Shown here: positions 1 through 10,365 of the stretch, one piece after another | How the letters are laid out: every line of letters starts with the position of its first letter | Position numbering within the stretch: the stretch's first letter is position 1 | NCBI GenBank assembly: GCA_035530295.1 | Contig: DATKVB010000014.1 | Span: forward strand, 161,077-225,076 | Reading direction: 5' to 3' | Source: a bacterium | GTDB lineage: Bacteria > Spirochaetota > Spirochaetia > Treponematales > UBA12059 | Length of the DNA stretch: 64,000 nucleotides | Translations under genes and position numbers: made by a program | Notes under the pieces: generated by a model | Seen by the model: the letters and a program-made list of their open reading frames with translations, nothing else | The model's database searches: none | Told to the model about the DNA's origin: nothing

Positions 1-972
1 CCCCGCCATCGCGTCCGCGACCGCGTCACGGTATATCGAAGGAGACAGTTCGCTTGTCTCGCCGGAGTCACGTCGCGCGGCCTCCAGACTGGTCGGCAGG
101 CCGAGCCTGTCGAGCAGCCCGGTCACGCGGTCAGCGTCTGCCTGGGACCCGCCTCGTTCCACCGCCAGCCTGTGCGCCGCCGCTATGCCTGCCGCGACGC
201 AGGCGCCGTGGGACAGTCCCGTCACCGCCTCCACGCCGTGTCCGATCGTGTGACCCAGATTGAGCCTGCGCCGCTCTCCGGTTTCGCGTTCGTCGGCGCT
301 TGCCACCCTGGCCTTCAGCTCTATCGATCTTCGTATGATCGGACCGAGCGCTCCACGATCGATGCCGCCCGACCTGGCCACCGCCCGTTCTATCAGGCGC
401 AGGTGATCGTCGCCCTCGATGATGCCATGCTTTATCGCCTCGACGAGTCCGCCCGCAAGATCGGGTTCCGGAAGCTCGGCCAGCGCCGTCCTGTCGACCA
501 GCACGAAGCGCGGCTGTGTGAAGGTTCCAACCAGATTCTTGTAGCCTTGGTAATCGATGCCATTCTTGCCGCCGACCGAGGCATCGACCATCGCGAGCAG
601 GGTAGTCGGTACGAAGCCGAAGTCGAGTCCGCGCATCCAGGTAGATGCCGCGAAGCCTGAAAGATCGGAGACACTGCCACCGCCTATGCCCACGAGGGTC
701 CAGTCCCTGCTTACCCCCAGGTCCAGAAGTCTCCCATACAGCGAGTCGAGTGATTGCATGGTTTTAGCGGCTTCGCCGCGCTCGACGATAACGACCCTGT
801 CCCGGCTGAATTCCCGCGGCACGAACCGTTCGGTCAGGGAGTCGGCGACGATGACGGTGCGGGATGGATCTGCCAGCGAGTGCAGGCTGCCCATCGATCC
901 AAACCGTATCAGCGAATCCGCGTCGCGCCCCGAGACGACTATATCCGGCTCCGCCAACTGCCGCGCGCTCAC
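1..972 (-). CDS. aroB: 3-dehydroquinate synthase (runs off the window start)
   Basis: Manual translation from GTG at 972, which overlaps the upstream TGA: [60 protein letters not shown]. Confidence 0.93.
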   Translation of the reverse strand, partial: MSARQLAEPDIVVSGRDADSLIRFGSMGSLHSLADPSRTVIVADSLTERFVPREFSRDRVVIVERGEAAKTMQSLDSLYGRLLDLGVSRDWTLVGIGGGSVSDLSGFAASTWMRGLDFGFVPTTLLAMVDASVGGKNGIDYQGYKNLVGTFTQPRFVLVDRTALAELPEPDLAGGLVEAIKHGIIEGDDHLRLIERAVARSGGIDRGALGPIIRRSIELKARVASADERETGERRRLNLGHTIGHGVEAVTGLSHGACVAAGIAAAHRLAVERGGSQADADRVTGLLDRLGLPTSLEAARRDSGETSELSPSIYRDAVADAMAG

Positions 973-1799
973 GCCCTGTCCTCCGCGGCGAATCCGTCCA
1001 TCATCTCCCGCACTGTGCGAACCTTGCGCATCAGTCGGCCAAAGGCCTCGGGTGACAGCTGCTGGTCCTTGTCGCTGAGGGCCTGGCTCGGATCGATATG
1101 GACCTCTATCTCCAGACCGTCGGCGCCGGCGGCGACGGCAGCAAGGCTCATCGGCTCGATGAGGCCCAGCACTCCTGTACCGTGCGAAGGGTCGACGAAT
1201 ATCGGCAGATGGCTGAGAGCCTTGGCCGCCGGCACGATCGACAGATCCAGGGTATTCCTGGTATAGGTCTCGAAACTACGAATGCCGCGCTCGCACAGAA
1301 TCACGTTGGGATTGCCTTCCGCCAGTATGTATTCGGCGCAGTTGAGCCACTCTTCCAGCGTGGAGTACATGCCGCGCTTCAGTAGGATTGGCCGCCCTGA
1401 CTTGCCGGCCTCCCTGAGCAGCGAGAAGTTCTGCATGTTGCGGGCACCTATCTGCAGCACGTCGGCGTATTCTCCGACCCAGCTGACATCCCTCGTGTCT
1501 ATGACCTCGGTGACTATCGGCAGGCCGGTCTCGCGTCTAGCCTTGTCCAGGATCTTCAGCCCCTTGAGGCCGAGCCCCTGAAAGGCGTAGGGCGACGTGC
1601 GCGGCTTGAAGGCCCCGCCGCGCAGCATGTTCGCTCCGGCTTCCTTGACGGCAACCGCTGTCCTGACCATCTGGTCCTCTGTCTCGACGGCGCAGGGTCC
1701 CGCTATCACGACCAGGTCCGCGCCTATGCGGAGCCCCTGCACATCGATGATCGTTCTAACTCCATCGGCCTTCTGGCCTGTCAGTCTCAAATTCTTCAT
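969..1799 (-). CDS. aroF: DAHP synthase class I-beta, catalytic domain only (about 276 aa)
   Basis: [44 protein letters not shown] motifs; start MKNLRL after GAAGGT. Confidence 0.92.
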   Translation of the reverse strand: MKNLRLTGQKADGVRTIIDVQGLRIGADLVVIAGPCAVETEDQMVRTAVAVKEAGANMLRGGAFKPRTSPYAFQGLGLKGLKILDKARRETGLPIVTEVIDTRDVSWVGEYADVLQIGARNMQNFSLLREAGKSGRPILLKRGMYSTLEEWLNCAEYILAEGNPNVILCERGIRSFETYTRNTLDLSIVPAAKALSHLPIFVDPSHGTGVLGLIEPMSLAAVAAGADGLEIEVHIDPSQALSDKDQQLSPEAFGRLMRKVRTVREMMDGFAAEDRA

Positions 1800-1911
1800 G
1801 GTTACCTTCTGCCGGACCTTCCGGCTGCTCTTGATCAAAGCGACGACGCGGGCGTATACAGGAACCAATCTCGGACCACGTGGCGCGCTTGCCGCCAGGA
1901 AGGATACCGTC

Positions 1912-3120
1912 ATGAGCGCCCTGTCGTCGAGAGCGGTCGGCATAGAGCCGTCCCGCACCATCGCCATGAACCAGCGAGCCCGTGAACTGAAAGCTGCCGG
2001 GCGTGACATCATCGACCTGACCGTGGGCGAACCGGACTTTCATCCGCCGGCCCACGTGCGGGCGGCGGCGGCCCGCGCCATATCCGAAGGCGCCGACCGC
2101 TACACTCCTGTCGCCGGCGAAGTCGCCCTCCGCGAGGCAGTATCCCGCAAGCTGCTGCGCGACTCCGGCCTTTCGTACCCGGCCGCACGGATACTCGTAT
2201 CCTGCGGCGCCAAGAGCGCCCTCTTCAATGCCGTTCTTGCCCTTGCCGGTCCCGGCGACGAGGTGCTCATACCCACGCCCGCCTGGCTGTCGTATGCCGA
2301 GATGGCCAAGCTCGCCGGAGCCTGTCCCGTGTTCCTGCCAACAACCGCCTCCGACGGTTACAAGCTGCAGCCCGAGGCGCTGGCGGCGGCCATAACGCCG
2401 CGGACCCGTGTCCTCATCCTCTGCACGCCATCCAACCCGACCGGCGCCGTGTACACCCGAGCCGAACTCGACGCGCTGGCTTCAGTCCTGGCGCGCTTCC
2501 CCGACCTCTGGATCATCTCCGACGAGGTCTACGAGCGAATCCGCTACGTGCCTGACGTGCCCAGCCCCGCTTCGATAGCGAACATCGCCGACCGTGTAAT
2601 CGTCGTCGGTGGACTGTCAAAGTCACACGCGATGACTGGCTGGCGGCTCGGCTACCTGGCTGGCCCCAAGTCCGTCGTCGACGCGTGTATCGCGATCCAG
2701 GGCCAGACCACGACATGCGCCTCGTCCATCACCCAGCGGGCCGCCATAGCCGCCCTCGACGGTGACCAGTCGCCGGTAGCGGCCATGGCCGAAGCCTTCA
2801 GGGTGCGCCGCGACCGGGCCTACGCCAGGCTCGCCGCCGTGCCCGGACTCAGGGTCGGCGCGCCCGACGGGGCATTCTACCTGTTTCCGGATGTGTCCGC
2901 GCTCTTTGGCTCGGAATGGCGTGGCATTCGTATCGAAGGTTCTGATGATTTCTGCCTGTACCTCCTGGAGGAAGCCGGTGTAGCGCTGGTGCCCGGCTCT
3001 GCCTTTGGCGACGATGCCTGTGTCCGCATGTCGTTCGCGGCGTCGGATGCCGCCATCGACCTGGCTCTCGACCGCATCGAGGCTGCTGTCGCGGCTCTCG
3101 GCACGGCGCGTGTCGGATAG
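1912..3120 (+). CDS. aspC: PLP-dependent aspartate aminotransferase (class I/II)
   Basis: [28 protein letters not shown] (PLP lysine), GAFY; start MSALSS after AGGAAGGA. Confidence 0.88.
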   Translation: MSALSSRAVGIEPSRTIAMNQRARELKAAGRDIIDLTVGEPDFHPPAHVRAAAARAISEGADRYTPVAGEVALREAVSRKLLRDSGLSYPAARILVSCGAKSALFNAVLALAGPGDEVLIPTPAWLSYAEMAKLAGACPVFLPTTASDGYKLQPEALAAAITPRTRVLILCTPSNPTGAVYTRAELDALASVLARFPDLWIISDEVYERIRYVPDVPSPASIANIADRVIVVGGLSKSHAMTGWRLGYLAGPKSVVDACIAIQGQTTTCASSITQRAAIAALDGDQSPVAAMAEAFRVRRDRAYARLAAVPGLRVGAPDGAFYLFPDVSALFGSEWRGIRIEGSDDFCLYLLEEAGVALVPGSAFGDDACVRMSFAASDAAIDLALDRIEAAVAALGTARVG

Positions 3121-3311
3121 GAACAGCTATCCGCCATGGCGGCCGGTGGCTCTACGGGCTCACCCACCCGGCCGCGCCGTGAAGGAGCCCTATGCTTTGT
3201 AGCTAAAGTAAAAGTAAAAGGAGAAGTGTGCGGACGAATCGCCGCGAAGGGGAGAAGCTGGTACCTGTTTGTTGGTAGCCATGGGCAGACCGTAGCATGC
3301 CCCAAAAAAAG

Positions 3312-3341
3312 AATCAAGTTACTGTTGGAAGTAACTTGATT
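3312..3341. promoter_or_regulatory. Perfect 11-bp inverted repeat upstream of aroQ (operator or minus-strand terminator)
   Basis: AATCAAGTTAC-TGTTGGAA-GTAACTTGATT, preceded by an A7 run. Confidence 0.5.
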
Positions 3342-3388
3342 GAAAATGCCACGAGATGGCTTGATACTGAAACCGAGAGGAATCATCG

Positions 3389-3865
3389 ATGTTTGAACTG
3401 CTGGTGTTGAATGGCCCGAACCTCAATCTGCTGGGTTCGCGCGAGCCTGGTGTCTATGGCACGATGGGACTGGCCGGGATAGAAGACAAGCTCCAGGAAC
3501 TGGCGCTTGAGCTCGACGTCCATCTGCAGTTCTTCCAGTCCAACAGCGAAGGCTCCCTGATCGATCGGCTGCACGCCGGCATCGGAACCGTGGCCGGAGC
3601 GATATTCAATCCGGGCGCCTATACGCACACCTCAATAGCCCTTCGCGACGCGATCGCCGCGGTCAGATATCCTGTCGTAGAAGTACACCTGTCCAATGTC
3701 AACGCGCGCGAAGAATTCAGGCGCACATCGATGCTGGCTCCCGTCTGCGCAGGCACCATATCCGGTTTCGGGTGGCGTTCATACACGCTCGCGCTACGCG
3801 CCGTCGTGGGCACCATCGATGATCAGACAGCGCATACCCACCGCGATGACCAACGCCTGGCTTGA
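3389..3865 (+). CDS. aroQ: Type II 3-dehydroquinate dehydratase
   Basis: LNGPNLNLLGSREPGVYG, QSNSEG, NPGAYTHTSIALRDA, EVHLSN, REEFR. Confidence 0.95.
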   Translation: MFELLVLNGPNLNLLGSREPGVYGTMGLAGIEDKLQELALELDVHLQFFQSNSEGSLIDRLHAGIGTVAGAIFNPGAYTHTSIALRDAIAAVRYPVVEVHLSNVNAREEFRRTSMLAPVCAGTISGFGWRSYTLALRAVVGTIDDQTAHTHRDDQRLA

Positions 3866-3868
3866 ACG

Positions 3869-4195
3869 CTATTTGAGCTGGTCGGCGAACAACCTCTCTA
3901 TGGCATTCTTGGGAAGTGCGCCGGCCTGCTGCTTTATCATCTTGCCACCATTGTAGACCATCAGTGTCGGTATGGAGACTATGCCGAAGCGCTCGGCTAG
4001 CTGCGTCTCGTTGTCAACGTTCACCTTGCATACCTTGAGCCGGCCAGCGTATGTCTTGGCCAGATCGTCTATGTGCGGAGCGATCATCCGGCATGGCATG
4101 CACCATTCAGCCCAGAAATCTATAAGTACCGGAACGGTGGACTGTTCCACCTCCGCCGCGAAATTCTTTGATGTCAGTTCTATGCCCGCGCTCAT
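3869..4195 (-). CDS. trxA: Thioredoxin
   Basis: DFWAEWCMPCRMIAP, KVNVD, SIPTL; 108 aa. Confidence 0.92.
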   Translation of the reverse strand: MSAGIELTSKNFAAEVEQSTVPVLIDFWAEWCMPCRMIAPHIDDLAKTYAGRLKVCKVNVDNETQLAERFGIVSIPTLMVYNGGKMIKQQAGALPKNAIERLFADQLK

Positions 4196-4372
4196 GGTAT
4201 GGCTCCTTCGGGTGAATGAGTCGATGGCTGTGTAGCCGGTTCGCTCTGCTGTAGTATCATTACAAAATACATTCGGCGCCGTCGTATTGTCAAATGGGGA
4301 GCATGTACACTTTGAATCAAACAGAACCGGGTCGTTTACACGACGGGCGTGGGGACGCTACGATGGCCGATC

Positions 4373-6103
4373 ATGTTCAAACGATTCCTCGCATACTATA
4401 AGCCCTACGGGGCCTTGCTGACTCTCGACCTGTCCTGTGCTTTGGGCCTCGGTTTGGCAGACCTCGTATATCCCGCGGCGACGCAACGCGTCGTCGACGT
4501 CATAGTGCCGGCTGGCGACATACACGGTCTGGCCCGCTTTGCAGTGCTGCTCGTGGTTCTGTATACGGTTCGGGCCGGGCTTGAGTTCATCGTCGGTTAC
4601 TACGGCCACATACTCGGCGTCAACATCCAGCGCGATCTGCGGCGCGATATATACCGACACCTGCAGACCATGGATACACGGTTTTTCGATGACACCAAGA
4701 CCGGGCAAATCATGTCGAGGATAGTCAGCGACCTCTTCGATATAGCTGAAATATCGCACCACCTGCCCGAGGATACGCTGATGGCGAGCGTCAGGCTGGT
4801 CGGCTCATTGCTGGTCATGCTGACCATAGACTGGCGCCTGGCCTTGGTCGTCTTCATGATCGTACCCGTGCTTGTTGCGTTCTCGTTGACGTTTCGTGAC
4901 AAGTTTCTGCAGGCGTTCAGGCGCAACAAGGAAACGCTTGCAGTCATAAACGAGCACATAGAGGAAAGTGTCAGCGGAGTCCGGGTGGTCCGGGCCTTTG
5001 TCAACGAGCAGTTCGAGACCGCGCGTTTCGATGAAGGCAATGAGCTGTTCCGGTCCTCCCGCATCGCCTCGGTCTGGCATATTGGCGTCTTCGACAGCGG
5101 CGTGTCGTTCCTGAGCAACCTGGGGCTGGTGATCGTGCTGATAGCCGGCGGATACGCGGCGTTCCGCGGTTCCGTTAGCCTGGGGGCATACGTCGCCTTT
5201 GCACTGTATGTGTCGAGGTTCTTTCAGCCCATAGAGACCCTGGTCAGGTCGATGGAGATGATACAGGAAGGAGCCGCCGGTTTCCGCCGCTTCCTCGAGA
5301 TAGTCGATACCAAGCCGACCATTGTAGACGCTCCCGGAGCTATAGTGCTGCGCGACGTTCGGGGCGACGTGGAATTCAAGGGCGTGGGATTCAGGTATGG
5401 CGACGGGCTGGACAGGGTTCTTGAACACGTCGACCTCCGCGTCAGAGCCGGCGAGACTGTCGCCATAGTCGGGCCGTCAGGCGCTGGCAAGACGACGCTC
5501 TGTTCGCTTATTCCCCGATTCTATGATATCGAGGAAGGCGCCATCACGATCGACGGAATAGACATACGCAAGGCAACCATCGCCTCGCTACGGCAGGCTG
5601 TCGGGCTTGTGCAGCAGGATGTGTTCCTGTTCTCCGGCAGCATCCGCGACAACATAGCGTATGGCCGGCTCGGAGCCTCCGACGACGACATCGTGCAGGC
5701 CGCCGATGCCGCGAACGCGCTTGGCTTCATCAAGGATCTGCCTCAAGGCTTCGACACCCTGGTGGGTGAACGCGGCATCAAATTGTCAGGCGGGCAGAAG
5801 CAGCGCATAGCGATAGCGCGGATGTTCCTCAAGGACCCGCCGATCCTGATTCTTGACGAGGCCACGAGCTCACTCGACACGATGAGCGAGCTGGCGATAC
5901 GCGAATCGCTTGAGCGCCTGTCCAGGGGCCGGACCACGTTCATAATCGCGCACCGCCTCGCTACCATACGCCATGCCGCCCGCATACTCGTGCTGACCGA
6001 GGAAGGCATCGTGGAGCAGGGCTGCCATGACGACCTGGTCGCGTCGGGCGGCGTGTATCGCAGGCTCTACGACGCGCAGGTGGAGAGCCTCTTGGTCAGC
6101 TAG
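4373..6103 (+). CDS. ABC exporter, fused permease and ATP-binding domains
   Basis: N-terminal TM helices; GPSGAGKT, LSGGQKQR, ILDEATS, IAHRL. Confidence 0.92.
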   Translation: MFKRFLAYYKPYGALLTLDLSCALGLGLADLVYPAATQRVVDVIVPAGDIHGLARFAVLLVVLYTVRAGLEFIVGYYGHILGVNIQRDLRRDIYRHLQTMDTRFFDDTKTGQIMSRIVSDLFDIAEISHHLPEDTLMASVRLVGSLLVMLTIDWRLALVVFMIVPVLVAFSLTFRDKFLQAFRRNKETLAVINEHIEESVSGVRVVRAFVNEQFETARFDEGNELFRSSRIASVWHIGVFDSGVSFLSNLGLVIVLIAGGYAAFRGSVSLGAYVAFALYVSRFFQPIETLVRSMEMIQEGAAGFRRFLEIVDTKPTIVDAPGAIVLRDVRGDVEFKGVGFRYGDGLDRVLEHVDLRVRAGETVAIVGPSGAGKTTLCSLIPRFYDIEEGAITIDGIDIRKATIASLRQAVGLVQQDVFLFSGSIRDNIAYGRLGASDDDIVQAADAANALGFIKDLPQGFDTLVGERGIKLSGGQKQRIAIARMFLKDPPILILDEATSSLDTMSELAIRESLERLSRGRTTFIIAHRLATIRHAARILVLTEEGIVEQGCHDDLVASGGVYRRLYDAQVESLLVS

Positions 6104-6133
6104 CAGCGCGAATGCCGCCAGACCATCTGGGTC

Positions 6134-6991
6134 TCATGGCCTGATGAAGGTGCCTTCGTCGAGTTCGCGGAATGCTTGCCCGAGTTCTTCGCGCGTGTTC
6201 ATCACGATGGGGCCACCCCAGGCTATTGGTTCGTGCAACGGCATCGCATGCACTATGACAAAGCGCGCGCCTTCATCGCCTGATTCGATGCGTGCCTCGT
6301 CTCCGTCGCCAAGCAACACGCAGGTTCCGGCATCGCGATATGAGGCGGCGCGTCGGTGGTCCTTGCCGCCGGTAACGAAGCTACCGCTCAGTATGTACGC
6401 GAAGGCTGTCCGGCCGCGCGGGACTTCGAGAGTAATGGTCGAGGCAGGATTCAACGTGACATCGAGGTAGACTGGATTGCGGAGCACGTCGATAACCGGG
6501 CCATGGGCTCCGCCCCATTCCCCGGCCAGGACACGGACCGGGCCGGTGCCTGTCGGCACGATTGGCACTTCGGCCGCCGTCGCTCCATGATACGCCGGCG
6601 CGCTCATCTTGAGCCGGCGCGGCATGTTGACCCAGAGCTGCAGGCCGCGGACGCCATTCGGAGACTCCAGTGGCATTTCCTCGTGTATGATGCCGGAGCC
6701 AGAGCTCATCCACTGAAGGTCGCCAGGTCCGATCACGCCGCCGCCGCCGGTGGAGTCGCCGTGGCGGACCGAGCCGTCCAGCAGGTAGGTTACCGTCTCG
6801 ATGCCACGATGCGGATGCATTGGAAAGCCTGGCAGGTAGTCTGCGGGATTCCTGGAGCCGAATTCATCGAGCAGCAGGAACGGATCGAACAGCGCTGTCT
6901 CTTCGTGGCCGAAGATGCGCCGCAGTTTGACGCCGGCTCCGTCCCAGGCCGTGTGTCCCTTGATTGCATGGACAGCTTCGCGTAGTGACAT
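6134..6991 (-). CDS. Pirin family protein
   Basis: DPFLLLD, GFPMHPHRGIETVTY, GIIHEE, QLWVN, GPIVMN. Confidence 0.93.
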   Translation of the reverse strand: MSLREAVHAIKGHTAWDGAGVKLRRIFGHEETALFDPFLLLDEFGSRNPADYLPGFPMHPHRGIETVTYLLDGSVRHGDSTGGGGVIGPGDLQWMSSGSGIIHEEMPLESPNGVRGLQLWVNMPRRLKMSAPAYHGATAAEVPIVPTGTGPVRVLAGEWGGAHGPVIDVLRNPVYLDVTLNPASTITLEVPRGRTAFAYILSGSFVTGGKDHRRAASYRDAGTCVLLGDGDEARIESGDEGARFVIVHAMPLHEPIAWGGPIVMNTREELGQAFRELDEGTFIRP

Positions 6992-7023
6992 ATGTGTGAC
7001 CTCCATCGTTTGATCGAGTGTGG

Positions 7024-8016
7024 TCAGGTCTGCAGGTAGCCAGCAGACGGCATGAGCCCGTTCTTCTGCATCAACCGTGCAGCCTGTTCCACGAGTTCCC
7101 TGGGAAAGGGCCTGCCATCGCGCGAGAATGGTCCTGGTACCGCAGCCGCCTTGTCTCCAAAGGCCAGTACGTGGTCCATCAATGTGGCGGAATTGCCAAA
7201 TGCATTGCCCGTAGGGTACCCAGGCACCAGTTCAAACGCGCCTGCAACCGCCGCATCGACCGCCTCATCGATCCGGACGGTGCCGGTTCCGGCGGCGATG
7301 GAGGCCAGCCGGGGAGCCAGCCAGTTTGCGGTGCTGAGGAGGAATCCGTCATAGGGACCCCGCGGCTTGAGCCAGCCGCTGTAGCCCAGCTCCGCGCCGC
7401 GGACCAGGAATACTCCGCCCGGATCGACGTTTGCCAGGGCAATATGATCTTCACCGCTTGAATCCTTGAGCATGAAGAAATTGGGGAATCGGCTGGCCAG
7501 CCTGCCTGTAGTAGCGGCTGAAATTTCGTTCCCGGTTACCTGAGGCAATTGGTATATCGCCGTTGGCAGCCCGAGTTCCAGTATCCGCTCAAAGCTGGCT
7601 TCTATAGCGGCCTCAGACTGTTCCACGCCCGATGGCGCGCAGGCGACGATGCCGACCACCGGATCCTCTGTGGCGCGCCGTCCTAGCGCGCGGATGAAGT
7701 CAAGCATGTCGTCTGTGGTTCGCTCGAGTGCGCCAACCAGCACTGGCAACCCGAGCCCGGCGGCCAGCGGCAGCACGGTGTCCAAGAGCTCGAGTTTCTG
7801 CGCCCGGGAAAGGTCCCAGCCATCACCGGTGGAGCCAGGCACGAGCAGCCCCCCGATGCAGGGCGCGAGCGCGCGTATGTGCGCCTGGATGCGCTCGGTG
7901 TCGAGCGAGGCGTCATGCCGGTAGTGGGTCAGTGGTGGGCACCAGAGCCTGGCGATGCCTTCTGGAAATGTGCGCTTGACCAGGTCTCTGCGCTCATCAT
8001 GAATCTTGCTGCTCAT
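7024..8016 (-). CDS. DapA/N-acetylneuraminate lyase family aldolase (divergent)
   Basis: PGSTGDG, YQLPQVTG, LKDSSG (Schiff-base Lys); AGGAGG RBS. Confidence 0.75.
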   Translation of the reverse strand: MSSKIHDERRDLVKRTFPEGIARLWCPPLTHYRHDASLDTERIQAHIRALAPCIGGLLVPGSTGDGWDLSRAQKLELLDTVLPLAAGLGLPVLVGALERTTDDMLDFIRALGRRATEDPVVGIVACAPSGVEQSEAAIEASFERILELGLPTAIYQLPQVTGNEISAATTGRLASRFPNFFMLKDSSGEDHIALANVDPGGVFLVRGAELGYSGWLKPRGPYDGFLLSTANWLAPRLASIAAGTGTVRIDEAVDAAVAGAFELVPGYPTGNAFGNSATLMDHVLAFGDKAAAVPGPFSRDGRPFPRELVEQAARLMQKNGLMPSAGYLQT

Positions 8017-8028
8017 GGGAACCTCCTG

Positions 8029-8691
8029 TTATTTGTTCTTTCGCCTCGGCTGGTAATCGGTCCTGAGGCGTTCGATCTGGTAGTCACGCATCGCGAAGAA
8101 GGTGGCAAGGAGCCTCTCCTTGTTGGGGTACTCGTCCAGTCCGGATCGTTCCAGAGCGATCAGCAGCTCGTGGGTCGCCTCTATGGTCGACAGATAATCA
8201 GGCGAGGGCTGACGCTTTATGATATAGCGACTGGGCTGGGTCGGCGTGAACTTGATGCGTGGCAGTTCGAGCAGGCCCGGGCTCTCGCGCAGCAACACCT
8301 TGGAGCAGGCCCAGGTCGAATCTATCAGAAAGACAACCAGCCGACGGGTTCCGAGGTCGGCAGCGGGGAAGTCACCCTTGGACAGATCCCGTGCGGTCGG
8401 TCCTGGGTACAGCAACACCGTATAGTTGTCCGGATCGTCGACCAGTTCGCGGTATCTATGGTTGTCATCGAATCGAAGTCCTGGAATGATCTCACTGTTC
8501 TCCAGGTTCAGGCATGTCAGGCGTCCGGTCGTGCACTTCTCCCGCCGCCACTCCATTGGATGCATCAAGAGCACGATCCTGGTTCTGGTGCGCATAGGCG
8601 GATCGGTGGGGCAGAGGCAGAGCGACTTCGGGCGCCGGCAGCGATAGCACAATTCCCTGAATGCTTCATGCGTTTGCGTGTCTGTCATCAT
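8029..8691 (-). CDS. DTW-domain tRNA-uridine aminocarboxypropyltransferase (TapT-like)
   Basis: CYRC..P...CLC, HPME..., TTG, LLYP, IDSTW, LSTIEA. Confidence 0.88.
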   Translation of the reverse strand: MMTDTQTHEAFRELCYRCRRPKSLCLCPTDPPMRTRTRIVLLMHPMEWRREKCTTGRLTCLNLENSEIIPGLRFDDNHRYRELVDDPDNYTVLLYPGPTARDLSKGDFPAADLGTRRLVVFLIDSTWACSKVLLRESPGLLELPRIKFTPTQPSRYIIKRQPSPDYLSTIEATHELLIALERSGLDEYPNKERLLATFFAMRDYQIERLRTDYQPRRKNK

Positions 8692-10190
8692 GCCGTTCGT
8701 TTTGGGCGCACGAATATTATGAGGGCGACGATACCGCCCAGGAACACAAGCAGGGCGGCCAGGTACATGGGGCCCCGCATATCGACAGGCGCCTTGCGCG
8801 CATGCAGTACCGCCGCGGGATCGCTCACATACGCTATATACGAGCGAATCTCGCCGCCCAGTACCCGGTAGCGCAACGCCAGCGCGGTATCGAGTCTGGC
8901 CCTGGACTCGGCATTCAGCGCTCCCTGATATGGATCCCAGGGGTCGGAGCCTTGCTCGCGCGCAAGTCCGTAGTCGAAGGCGGGGTCGTCAACATAGCGT
9001 GCCGGAAAGGCCTGGGATACGATGGTGTCGAGTTCGGCCGCTGCCGCGTATCCACCCATGGCCACCACGTCATAGAGCCACATTCGGTGATAGGTGGGAG
9101 CCTGGTTTCGGGTGCTGCCGCCGGACTGCCCGGTCAGCGCGGCCTCGAACAAGGTGCGTGAGGCTCCTTGTGTATCCTTGAGCGCCTCGTAGGCATAGAC
9201 TTCCAGAACCAGATGACGATTGGAAAGCAACATCAGTGCGCCGTTTCGGTCAGCTTCGGAACCGAAGATATTGAGCAGTATCGTGCTCAGCGTTCCCTGG
9301 CCTGGAATCATGCGCGCGTGGTAAGGCTGCGCCAGATCCTGGACATAGTGCAGGGCCAGACCCGCGAATCGCCAGCCCCAATACGCATGTCCGTGCGCAA
9401 AGGCGTAGCGGGCAAGGCTTGTATACTGAAGCTCGCGATATGCCGCCTGAGAGCGCAGCGAGAAGGGGGCCGCAAGGGCGATCACAGGATCCTCGTGCTG
9501 GAACGCCATGTGGAATGGAGCCTGGCTGCCGTACGAGAGCGCCGGGTTCCCAAAAGGCTGCTCCCCGAATCCATAGAGGGCACCCAGGGGGCCGGCATTG
9601 TTGGTATACAGGCCTATGTCGAGTCCATAGTCGGGCTCGTCGGATGCCGTGGCCAGAACATCGAGGGCAGTGATGCTCTCTCCGGGACGGAGCGATTCAA
9701 TGGGAGCGCCTGCCAGATCTACGGCTACGAGTGAATAGTCTGAGACGTTCAGTACGGGCCTGCCGCTCGGCCGTTCGCCACTGGCGGGCTGGCGGTACAG
9801 CCCCAGCGGCACGGCCGGATTAACGCGAAGCGCGCGCAGGAACGACTCACGCAGTGCTGGGCCTTGCGCCTGCCGGTCGAAGGCTAAGGAGGCCGGAAAT
9901 GGCGTGTAGGCGGGTAGTTCCCGCGAGGCGCGGGCTTCTATATCGCCAAGTAGTCGCGCCAGTCCTGTGCGTTCTGCCGTTATAAAATCGAGCAATTCCT
10001 CTGTCTGGACAGTCGCTTGCATCGCGGGTTCGTCGCCGACGGCCGCCCGTGTCAGCATGGAATGGGCGCTCCATGACCAGGCTGTCGGTACCGCTGCCAG
10101 CGCGATGGCGGCCATGAGCACCGCCCTTGCTGTTCTCTGATAGAGAGTTGTTGCCCGACACGGGCCGGTATAACGGTTACCCTGTTGCAT
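8688..10190 (-). CDS. Secreted, C-terminally anchored zinc phospholipase C / P1-nuclease-like protein
   Basis: Signal peptide ending AWS, then WSAH; DEPD, FH, HYVQDLAQPYH, H...E; C-terminal TM followed by RPKR. Confidence 0.65.
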   Translation of the reverse strand: MQQGNRYTGPCRATTLYQRTARAVLMAAIALAAVPTAWSWSAHSMLTRAAVGDEPAMQATVQTEELLDFITAERTGLARLLGDIEARASRELPAYTPFPASLAFDRQAQGPALRESFLRALRVNPAVPLGLYRQPASGERPSGRPVLNVSDYSLVAVDLAGAPIESLRPGESITALDVLATASDEPDYGLDIGLYTNNAGPLGALYGFGEQPFGNPALSYGSQAPFHMAFQHEDPVIALAAPFSLRSQAAYRELQYTSLARYAFAHGHAYWGWRFAGLALHYVQDLAQPYHARMIPGQGTLSTILLNIFGSEADRNGALMLLSNRHLVLEVYAYEALKDTQGASRTLFEAALTGQSGGSTRNQAPTYHRMWLYDVVAMGGYAAAAELDTIVSQAFPARYVDDPAFDYGLAREQGSDPWDPYQGALNAESRARLDTALALRYRVLGGEIRSYIAYVSDPAAVLHARKAPVDMRGPMYLAALLVFLGGIVALIIFVRPKRTA

Positions 10191-10365
10191 GTACGCTCCT
10201 TGCCTCGGCACTGAAGCTAGATCGTACCATTATTGAAGACGATCGAACAATACGCATGGCTCCGGATCGGGCGGTTCGCTTGACAGTGATACTGCCCTCT
10301 CATAAGCTGGCCGGACGTGTCCAATCTCAGGTTGGTGAACGAAGATTGGTGGAGGAATCATAACG

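Noticed and set aside
1597-2012. Apparent overlap of the DAHP synthase and aminotransferase ORFs
   Set aside because: Artefact of longest-ORF calling. RBS-supported starts at 1799 (-) and 1912 (+) leave a 112-bp divergent gap.
3121-3388. T-box riboswitch or HDV-like ribozyme upstream of aroQ
   Set aside because: No TGGNACC T-box bulge. The GGCCGG pseudoknot has no room for the HDV P3/L3/P4 elements.
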